Positions 24,802 to 32,000 of a stretch of DNA of 32,000 bases are shown one piece after another. Each line of letters begins with the position of its first letter. Within the stretch, counting starts at the first letter, position 1. Origin of the DNA: Synechocystis sp. PCC 6803 substr. PCC-P (GTDB lineage: Bacteria > Cyanobacteriota > Cyanobacteriia > Cyanobacteriales > Microcystaceae); NCBI RefSeq assembly GCF_000284455.1, contig NC_017039.1, positions 1,320,001 to 1,352,000 of the forward strand, read 5' to 3'. Both the position numbers and the translations under genes were made by a program. Under the pieces are notes generated by a model. That model was not told the origin of the DNA and ran no database searches. It saw nothing but the letters and a program-made list of their open reading frames with translations.

Positions 24802-25050
24802 CTAGAGACCAGTACCATTCAGCATTCGCATTACCACGTCAATAAATTTTTCACCCCAAACAATTGACAGTAAGCCACATAATGTAACTAGCAATGATGC
24901 AACACCTACCTGAACAAGTCCAAAATTGTCAAATGTCGAATATGTCACAGGAATTAGCAGTACAAGAGCACCAACTGTAGCCCCTCCCAAAAAACGATAG
25001 ATAACTTTTAAAGATGAATGTTGTTTGGGATCGGTGTTGTCATAGGTCAT
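24802..25050 (-). CDS. Small hypothetical membrane protein, 82 aa, two predicted TM helices
   Basis: ATG 25050 (the track uses TTG 25065). Hydrophobic segments FLGGATVGALVLLIPV and VGVASLLVTLCGLLSIVW. By eye the region is more AT-rich than its neighbours, and it lies next to the IS element. Coding status is unproven. Confidence 0.4.
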   Translation of the reverse strand: MTYDNTDPKQHSSLKVIYRFLGGATVGALVLLIPVTYSTFDNFGLVQVGVASLLVTLCGLLSIVWGEKFIDVVMRMLNGTGL

Positions 25051-25151
25051 CAGAAATTCCTTCAATACTTTAAAACAATGGGTAACGCTGCTACGCTTTT
25101 GCTACCTAAACAGAGTATCTAACGATCGGGTAAAGGAGCAAGTTTTAGTTA

Positions 25152-26097
25152 TAGTCATTTCAATTAGCGATGAGAGAATTTAATGTAAAATCATGGGGTG
25201 TACAAGATGAACAGGTTTAAACAATGGCTTACAGTTTAGATTTGAGGCAAAGAGTAGTAGCTTATATAGAAGCTGGAGGAAAAATAACTGAGGCTTCCAA
25301 GATATATAAAATAGGAAAAGTCTCGATATACAGATGGTTAAATAGAGTAGATTTAAGCCCAACAAAAGTAGAGCGTCGCCATAGGAAATTAGACTGGGAA
25401 GCTCTAAAAAAAGACGTAGAAGAAAATCCCGATGCAAGATTGATAGACAGAGCCAAGAAATTTGGAGTGAGGCCGAGTGCCGTATATTACGCATTAAAGA
25501 AAATGAAAATAAACAGAAAAAAAAAGAACTATGTTATCGAGAAAGAAACCGGGAGGAACGAGTTAAGTACTATAGAATGTTAAGAGAACTAATCAAGCTC
25601 TATGGTAGTCAAGCTATAGTTTACATAGATGAATCTGGATTCGAAGCAATCCAGGCTTGTATTTATGCCTGGTCAAAAAAAGGAAAAAAAGTTTATGGAG
25701 ATAGACAAGGAAAAAGGGGAGTCAGAGAAAATCTAGTAGCAGGGAGAAGAAAGGGAAAAAAAGATTTGATTGCACCGATGGTTTTTACTGGGAGTTTGAA
25801 TGCAGAAGGCTTTGAAGGATGGTTAAAATTATATTTACTACCCTCCCTCGACATTCCATCAATATTAATAATGGATAATGCTCCTATTCATCGTAAAACT
25901 GCCATTAAAGAATTGGCTAAAGAAGCAGGTCATGAAGTTCTTTTTTTGCCAAAGTATTCTCCTGATTTAAATGATATTGAGCATGACTTTAGTGCCTTGA
26001 AACGAGCTAGAATGTACGCTCCTATTGACACGTCTCTTGATGAAATTATCCGCTCTTACTGTGGCGTTTAGCATCTCAGTCTTATTTGAATCTACTA
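25152..26097 (+). mobile_element. ISY100-type insertion sequence (IS630/Tc1-mariner family), 946 bp, flanked by a TA target duplication
   Basis: Imperfect 24-bp terminal inverted repeats: TAGTCATTTCAATTAGCGATGAGA on the left, and the reverse complement of the right end is TAGTAGATTCAAATAAGACTGAGA (16/24 identical). Flanking TA at 25150-25151 and 26098-26099. DD34E transposase inside. Confidence 0.85.
25224..26071 (+). pseudogene. IS630-family DD34E transposase split into two ORFs (25224..25583 and 25577..26071) by a frame change at an A9 run (25517-25525)
   Basis: N-terminal HTH (MAYSLDLRQRVVAYIEAGGKITEASKIYKIGKVSIYRWL). Catalytic DESGF, MDNAPIH, and an E exactly 34 residues later (NDIEHDF). 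Adding one A to the run gives a continuous 282-codon ORF (...INRKKKELCYRERNREERVKYYRMLRELIK...). Confidence 0.8.
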
Positions 26098-26405
26098 TAT
26101 ATTCCGATCCCTATCCTCAGAGCCGTACATACAACCTTTACTGTATACGGCTCAAGCAGCGTCTTGAAATATGGATTCCGGTTAACTTTCGGTCGGTAGC
26201 ATTCGCTTATTGAGACATCCTGTTTTCGCTAAAGGGGTCGGCATTGGTTACCCTCCCATTAGTGTTTGAACATTCCAAAGGGGCCATCCCCATCCAGTTA
26301 AACACCAGCGGGGAAAGGTTTTTGGAAGCCGTTCCAACTCCCCTGAACGACTTTCGAGTCGCGCGTCTAATAGGTAACTGGCCTCACTCCAAAAAATAGG
26401 ATTAT

Positions 26406-26442
26406 CTTAAAAATAATAATCCCCCACCAAATGGGCAGGGGA
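26406..26442 (-). terminator. Probable intrinsic terminator of psbD-psbC
   Basis: About 60 nt after the psbC stop, the minus strand reads TCCCCTGCC-CATTT-GGTGGGGGA (9-bp stem including two G-U pairs), followed by TTATTATTTTTAAG. Confidence 0.5.
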
Positions 26443-26500
26443 CACTAATCAATTGGGTTTAACTAAAGCAAAACCTTTGCAAAATCAGAAAAGTCTCAAT

Positions 26501-27883
26501 CTAGTCGAGGTCAGGCATGAACAACGTGGGTTCCGTTTCCCGGTCAATACCTTTTTCAAACCCAGCGGCCGCCGCCCGAGCACGACCAGCATGCCAGAGG
26601 TGACCAACTAAGAAGAAGAAGCCAAGGACAAAGTGGGAAGTAGCCAACCAAGCCCGGGGAGATACGTAGTTAAAGGAGTTAACGTCGGTAATAACCCCAC
26701 CCACAGAGTTCAAGGAACCAAGGGGAGCATGGGTCATGTATTCAGCGGCCCGACGTACTTGCCAGGGCTGAATGTCATTGCGGAGTTTGTCCAAATCCAA
26801 ACCGTTGGGTCCACGGAGGGGCTCCAACCAAGGACCACGGAAGTCCCAGAAACGCATGGTTTCACCGCCGAAGATGATTTCCCCAGAAGGAGAACGCATC
26901 AGGTATTTACCCAAACCAGTGGGGCCTTGGGCAGAAGCAATGTTGGCACCTAACCGTTGGTCCCGCACCAGGAAGGTGAAGGCTTGGGATTGGGAGGCTT
27001 CCATGCCGGTGGGGCCATAGAATTCACTGGGATAGGCAGTGTTGTTAAACCAAACAAATACGGAGGCAATGAAGCCCATTAAAGACAAAGCACCCAAGCT
27101 GTAGGAAAGATAAGCTTCCCCAGACCAAATCAGAGCCCGGCGAGCCCAGCCAAAGGGTTTGGTCAGAATGTGCCAGATACCACCGGAAATACAGATCAAA
27201 CCGATCCAGATGTGACCACCGATGATGTCTTCCATGTTGTTGACACTGATGATCCAACCTTCTCCCCCAAAGGGCGCTTTCAGCAGATAGCCGAAGATAA
27301 TCGCCGGGTTGAGGGTGGGGTTAGTGATCACCCGTACGTCCCCACCACCGGGGGCCCAGGTGTCGTATACACCGCCAAAGAACATGGCTTTAAAGACCAG
27401 TAACAGAGCACCACAACCCAACAGGATCAAGTGGTAGCCAATGATGTTGGTCATCTGGTTTTTATCTTTCCAGTCATAGCCAAAGAAGCTGGAATACTCT
27501 TCCAATACTTCCGGGCCACGGAGGGCATGGTAAATACCCCCAAGACCTAAAACTGCGGAAGAAATTAAGTGCAGCACCCCTACTACGAAGAAGGGGAAAA
27601 TATCAGTCACTTCTCCAGCGGGACCAACGCCCCAGCCCAGGGTCGCAATATGGGGCAGGAGGATTAAACCCTGCTCATACATGGGTTTTTCGGGAATGAA
27701 GTGGGCAACTTCAAATAGGGTCATGGCCCCAGCCCAGAAAACGATCAAACCGGCGTGGGCCACGTGGGCACCAAGTAATTTACCGGAAAGATTAATCAGC
27801 CGGGCATTTCCCGACCACCAAGCAAAACCGGTAGAGGGAAGGTCACGTCCCCCCACCATCGAAGTATTAGAGAGCGTTACCAC
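26501..27883 (-). CDS. psbC: Photosystem II CP43 chlorophyll apoprotein, 460 aa from the GTG start
   Basis: Unmistakable CP43 sequence ([36 protein letters not shown]...). GTG at 27883 is preceded by GAGGAGG. The upstream in-frame ATG at 27919 is reported not to be used in Synechocystis (Carpenter et al. 1990, from memory). Confidence 0.93.
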
Positions 27884-28925
27884 GGGGGAGAACCTCCTCA
27901 GGGAAGATAAAGTTTTCATGGGGTTGATCTTGGGGAGCCATCCAGGCGCGCATCCCTTCGTTCAACAAAATGTTTTTCGTATAGAAAGTTTCAAATTCCG
28001 GGTCTTCCGCCGCCCGTAGCTCCTGGGAGACAAAGTCATAGGCCCGTAGGTTCAAGGCTAAACCGACGATACCGACGGAACTCATCCACAGACCAGTTAC
28101 CGGCACGAACAACATGAAGAAGTGCAACCACCGCTTGTTGGAGAAAGCAATACCGAAAATCTGAGACCAGAAACGGTTAGCGGTCACCATGGAATAGGTT
28201 TCTTCTGCTTGGGTGGGTTCAAATGCCCGGAAAGTATTGGAATCTTCCCCATCTTCAAACAGGGTGTTTTCCACCGTGGCACCGTGGATAGCACAGAGGA
28301 GGGCGCCGCCCAAAATCCCTGCCACTCCCATCATGTGGAAGGGGTTCAAAGTCCAGTTGTGGAACCCTTGCAGGAACAAAATGAACCGGAAGATTCCCGC
28401 TACCCCAAAGCTGGGGGCAAAGAACCAACTGGATTGTCCCAAGGGGTACATCAAAAAGACACTGACAAACACCGCAATGGGACCAGAGAAGGCGATGGCG
28501 TTGTAGGGACGAATGCCAACCAGACGGGAAATTTCGAACTGACGCAGCATAAAGCCAATCAGACCGAAGGCACCGTGGAGGGCAACGAAGGGCCACAAAC
28601 CACCGATTTGGAACCAGCGGGTCAGGTTACCTTGGGCTTCGGGTCCCCAGAGGAACAGGAGGGAATGGCCGAAGGCATCGGCGGGGGAAGAGACCGCCAC
28701 GGTCAAAAAGTTAGCTCCTTCTAGATAGGAACTGGCTAGACCGTGGGTGTACCAGGAAGTAACGAAGGTGGTGCCGGTTAGCCATCCCCCCAGGGCCATG
28801 AAGGCACAGGGGAAGAGCAGCAAACCAGACCAACCAATAAATACGAAACGATCACGCTTTAGCCAATCGTCGAGGACATCAAACCATCCTCTTTCGACTG
28901 GGGCGCGTCCGACTGCAATAGTCAT
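27867..28925 (-). CDS. psbD: Photosystem II D2 reaction-centre protein, 352 aa
   Basis: [41 protein letters not shown]... is canonical D2. Its 3' end overlaps psbC. Confidence 0.97.
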
Positions 28926-29012
28926 AAATGCAAATCCTCTTGCGTAGCTAGCATCAAAGGCAAGAATTTCTAAAGGAGGCTTTTGTAATTTGGGTTATGC
29001 CATTTAGACTCC

Positions 29013-29041
29013 ATTCTCTAATAAGACGAGACGATTGGAAA
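29013..29041 (-). promoter_or_regulatory. Possible psbD promoter: TTTCCA, 17 nt, GAGAAT
   Basis: The minus strand reads gtagTTTCCAatcgtctcgtcttattaGAGAATggagtc, about 90 nt upstream of the psbD ATG. Motif match only; other candidates exist in the 337-bp spacer. Confidence 0.25.
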
Positions 29042-29262
29042 CTACACCGCCGGGGTATAGCGGTTGGCCAAAACCCAAATGCGGCCTGTCGGTGGAACAA
29101 TATTTGTTCTCCTGATGCCATTTTCTTATGGGTAGCAAGCCAGGCCACAGGGGCCAAACCTGCACTTATGTTGGCGTTCCTTGCCGAAACGCATCTACAT
29201 ATTATTAGCAAATATTTTACATTCTGACATATTCACTCTCATAATCGCCGATCGCCAGGGGT

Positions 29263-30606
29263 CTAGGATTCCGGGGCTTGGCCGGCAATATTGATGCGAT
29301 GACTGAGGCTAGTGAGGGTCTGACTGGTCTCCCAATCTTTTTGCTGGAGCTGGGTTATTTTGTCGCAACTGTACATCACGGTGGTGTGGTCTTTCCCGCC
29401 AAAGGCTTCCCCAATGCGAGGCAAACTCAGGTCTGTGTGCTGACGCATTAAATACATCCCCACTTGACGCGCCAGGCTAACTTCCCGACGGCGGGAGTTA
29501 CTGAGTAGTTCTTCAACCTTTAACTGATAATGCTGGGCCACAATGGTGATGATGGTCTCCGGGGCGGCGGCCACCTTTTCCACCGGGGGATTGAGCACCG
29601 GCGCAATGTTTTCCACTGTCATGGCCACGTTCGATAGGGACGTGTAGGCGATCGCCCGGATCAGGGCTCCTTCCAGTTCCCGGATGTTGGAAGTGTAATG
29701 GGAAGCAATATACTCAATGACCTCCTTGGGCAGACGAATCCTGTCGTACTCAGCCTTTTTTTGCAGAATGGCCATGCGGGTTTCCAAATCTGGCACCTGG
29801 ATATCGGCAATTAAGCCCATGGAAAAACGGGAAATGAGCCGGTCCTGTAAGCCAGGAATCCTTTGGGGAGCACGGTCGGAGGCTACAACCACTTGTTTGC
29901 CCGCTTCGTGGAGACTGTTGAAGGTGTGGAAAAACTCCTCTTGGGTGTACTCCTTGCCCTTAATAAATTGAATGTCGTCAATGAGTAGAAAGTCTGCACT
30001 GCGGTAATAGCTTCGGAAATCCTCCATATTGTCCTGGCGGATGGCCGTGATCAGATCATTGGTAAATCTTTCTGTGGAAACGTAATAAACCTTGGCGTTA
30101 GGGTACATTTCCAGTCGGTAATGGGCGATCGCCTGCATGAGGTGGGTTTTGCCTAGACCAACGCCGCCACAGAGAAAAAGAGGATTAAATTCCCGTCCGG
30201 GGGATTCTGCTACAGCCAAAGATGCCGCATGGGCCATGCGATTGGTGGGCCCCACCACAAAACGAGAAAAAGTATATTTACCATTGAGCGCTGTGGCATT
30301 TTTAGGGGTGGTCTCCATGGGCAGAGAAGACTCCTGGCCAATTAAGCTATGGGGTTCCAAGCCATCGGTAATGAGCTTCACCGTGATCTCCTGGCCTGTT
30401 AAATCCGTCAGTACCTCCATCAGCAGTGGTCCATAGCTTTTTTGCAGATGGTTCAGGACAAAACCATTCTCCACCTGAATGGTGGCCACCCCATCCCCCA
30501 AGGAAATTAGGACTGATGCTTTGATCCAAGTGTCAAAGGCCGGTTTGGTTAACTGGGTTGCCAGGATTGCTAGGGCCTGTTGCCAAAGATTTTCGCAGGA
30601 GACCAT
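29263..30606 (-). CDS. dnaA: Chromosomal replication initiator protein DnaA, 447 aa
   Basis: AAA+ Walker A LFLCGGVGLGKTHL, Walker B LLIDDIQF, sensor NIRELEGAL, and the C-terminal DNA-binding domain ...IGEAFGGKDHTTVMYSCDKI. ATG 30606 is preferred over the adjacent TTG at 30609. Confidence 0.93.
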   Translation of the reverse strand: MVSCENLWQQALAILATQLTKPAFDTWIKASVLISLGDGVATIQVENGFVLNHLQKSYGPLLMEVLTDLTGQEITVKLITDGLEPHSLIGQESSLPMETTPKNATALNGKYTFSRFVVGPTNRMAHAASLAVAESPGREFNPLFLCGGVGLGKTHLMQAIAHYRLEMYPNAKVYYVSTERFTNDLITAIRQDNMEDFRSYYRSADFLLIDDIQFIKGKEYTQEEFFHTFNSLHEAGKQVVVASDRAPQRIPGLQDRLISRFSMGLIADIQVPDLETRMAILQKKAEYDRIRLPKEVIEYIASHYTSNIRELEGALIRAIAYTSLSNVAMTVENIAPVLNPPVEKVAAAPETIITIVAQHYQLKVEELLSNSRRREVSLARQVGMYLMRQHTDLSLPRIGEAFGGKDHTTVMYSCDKITQLQQKDWETSQTLTSLSHRINIAGQAPES

Positions 30607-30660
30607 CAAAAATATACAAATATACTTAGTAGGAAAACTCTATTGGTGAGCGTGAACGGC

Positions 30661-31065
30661 CTAAAACGATTGGAACATGATTGCTAAAAAAGCAAAGGTT
30701 CCCACCACCACCAAGGCGATCGCCACCACAAAACTAATGGAAAGACGGGACTGGTAAGTGAAACGTCCCCGTTCAATGTGCTTTAAATCCTGACGGTGAT
30801 TAATGGCCGCCGCCAGTAGGGCTAAGGTGCCAATGATAATAAAGGATAAACCCAAAGTCCGGGATAGGTGAAAACCATTTCTGCCCCCCGGAAACGCGCC
30901 ATGGATGGCAGCGACAATACGGTCAATGCCCACGCCAAAACTGATCAAAGAAAGGCTGGTGCGAATCCAAGCCATTAATGTCCTTTCTGCGGCGGCCCGA
31001 TTCCGTTCCTTGGCCAATTCATTGGCTAAGTTATAGGGCTCTGGAGTTGGGGGATAATTATCCAT
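30661..31065 (-). CDS. DUF202/YidH-like small membrane protein, 134 aa
   Basis: From ATG 31065: ERNRAAAERTLMAWIRTSLSLISFGVGI plus two further TM segments, typical of DUF202. The track's GTG at 31266 would add 67 aa and leave only 16 bp before the divergent purT. Confidence 0.6.
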   Translation of the reverse strand: MDNYPPTPEPYNLANELAKERNRAAAERTLMAWIRTSLSLISFGVGIDRIVAAIHGAFPGGRNGFHLSRTLGLSFIIIGTLALLAAAINHRQDLKHIERGRFTYQSRLSISFVVAIALVVVGTFAFLAIMFQSF

Positions 31066-31282
31066 ACATTTCGCTAGCAAGTAAATTTGCTGTTTATCAA
31101 AAAAATGGACGCTAAAATCCCCTATTAAAGCCAAACCCAAGCAAAAGGCCCAAAGCCCAGAGACTTTGGACAATATGACCAGGTATTTGTCCCAGAGCTG
31201 AGGGGGCAATAGGCAATAACTGTGGGAAACTGAGAAAAACCAGATCCCTAGCCGGTTAACCCCCACCCTCTAACATTTAACC

Positions 31283-32000
31283 ATGGCCAATCCTGTCACT
31301 TTGCCCCAAACTTTTCTGTTACTCGGCTCTGGGGAATTGGGCAAGGAATTTACCATTGCCGCCCAGAGATTGGGCAATCGGGTCATTGCGGTGGACCGTT
31401 ATCCGGATGCGCCAGCCATGCAGGTGGCCCAGGTTGCCGAAGTCATTTCTATGTTGGATGGGAATGCCCTGGAAGCAGTGGTAAAAAAATATCAGCCGGA
31501 TTGGATTGTGCCAGAAGTGGAGGCCATCCGCACGGAAAAATTGTTGGAGCTGGAAGCCGGGGGCTATCGGGTCATTCCCACCGCCCAAGCCACCAATCTG
31601 ACCATGAACCGGGACCGGATTCGGGAGTTGGCCGCCCAACAGTTGGGGGTACGTACTGCCCGTTACAATTACGCCACCAGTTTGGCCGAGTTAGAGGAGG
31701 TAAGCCAGGCCATTGGTTTTCCCAATGTGGTCAAGCCGGTCATGTCTTCTTCGGGTAAGGGGCAATCTGTAGTTAACAATGCAGGAGAGGTGCAACAGGC
31801 CTGGTCAGCGGCGATCGCCGGAGCGAGGGGGGATCAGACCAAGGTGATTGTGGAGGAATTTATTCCCTTCGAGTTGGAAATTACGCTCTTAACTATCCGC
31901 CAATGGCAGGGAGAAACTCTGTTTTGTGATCCCATTGGCCACCGCCAAGAACGGGGAGACTATCAAGAATCATGGCAACCAGCCCCCTTAACCCAAAGGC
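31283..32000 (+). CDS. purT: Formate-dependent glycinamide ribonucleotide transformylase (PurT), N-terminal 239 codons; continues beyond the window
   Basis: My translation from ATG 31283: [49 protein letters not shown]...[16 protein letters not shown]... (ATP-grasp, PurT family). Missing from the ORF track because it runs off the window. Confidence 0.9.
   Translation, partial: MANPVTLPQTFLLLGSGELGKEFTIAAQRLGNRVIAVDRYPDAPAMQVAQVAEVISMLDGNALEAVVKKYQPDWIVPEVEAIRTEKLLELEAGGYRVIPTAQATNLTMNRDRIRELAAQQLGVRTARYNYATSLAELEEVSQAIGFPNVVKPVMSSSGKGQSVVNNAGEVQQAWSAAIAGARGDQTKVIVEEFIPFELEITLLTIRQWQGETLFCDPIGHRQERGDYQESWQPAPLTQR

Noticed and set aside
16119-26442. Possible repeat family linking the 16.1-kb palindrome (…TTTGGGGGGACACTGAC) with the psbC terminator hairpin (…ATGGGCAGGGGACACTAATC)
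   Set aside because: The shared string is essentially GGGGACACT plus a generic C-run/G-run hairpin. That is too short and degenerate to call a repeat family without a genome-wide search.
28122-28724. 200-aa plus-strand ORF, with others at 28213-28506 and 26633-27403, antisense to psbD and psbC
   Set aside because: They lie entirely inside unmistakable, highly conserved PSII genes on the opposite strand. The translations are low-complexity (G/E/P/T-rich) with no motifs. This is the usual open antisense frame of a gene with strong codon bias.
31052-31063. Perfect 12-bp palindrome GGATAATTATCC, which contains a near DnaA box (TTATCCATA), near dnaA
   Set aside because: It coincides with the codons for M-D-N-Y-P at the preferred start of the DUF202 gene. 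One near-match box is not evidence of an origin or an operator.
31066-31266. Longer form of the DUF202 protein starting at GTG 31266 (ORF-track call, 201 aa)
   Set aside because: The extra 67 residues lie outside the DUF202 core, start at GTG, and would leave only 16 bp for two divergent promoters. Kept as an alternative, but ATG 31065 is preferred.
1-32000. CRISPR arrays, rRNA operons, prophage, integrase or defence-system gene clusters
   Set aside because: I found no regularly spaced direct repeats, no rRNA-like sequence, and no integrase, recombinase, restriction, Cas or abortive-infection-like ORFs in the six-frame track. The only mobile element is the single ISY100 copy.

Overview
The window reads as ordinary cyanobacterial chromosome. 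By gene content and order I recognise it from memory as Synechocystis sp. PCC 6803, roughly sll1624 through slr0861; locus tags are recollection and need a BLAST check. About 48% GC, with 31 perfect HIP1 octamers (GCGATCGC) by my manual count. Content, in order:
- Partial REC + HD-GYP response regulator, 12 nt downstream of an ECF-type ABC ATPase.
- Tocopherol genes vte2 and vte1, then a divergent type II peroxiredoxin / PerR pair.
- DUF1499 protein, Psb28-2, an orphan family-5 solute-binding lipoprotein, tRNA-Asp(GUC).
- A peptidoglycan-related stretch (GatD-like amidotransferase, AMIN-domain amidase, MurI) interleaved with the NDH-2 gene ndbB.
- A PaO/LLS1-type Rieske oxygenase, ndbA, a hypothetical protein overlapping rimI, and CPD photolyase.
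- An ECF sigma (SigH) / anti-sigma / LTXXQ periplasmic protein operon.
- ClC channel, a beta-lactamase-fold protein, a CpcS-type bilin lyase.
- A small AT-rich membrane ORF beside an ISY100 (IS630/Tc1-mariner) copy whose transposase is split at an A9 run.
- The overlapping psbD-psbC operon, dnaA, a DUF202 membrane protein, and the 5' part of purT.

I see no CRISPR array, rRNA, prophage or recognisable defence island, and no clearly novel multi-gene system. The candidates most worth follow-up are the SigH / anti-sigma / LTXXQ module, the orphan GatD-like gene among cell-wall genes, the ABC-ATPase + HD-GYP pairing, and a C-run/G-run alternative-hairpin element upstream of ndbA. All calls rest on reading the translations and sequence by eye; no searches were run.
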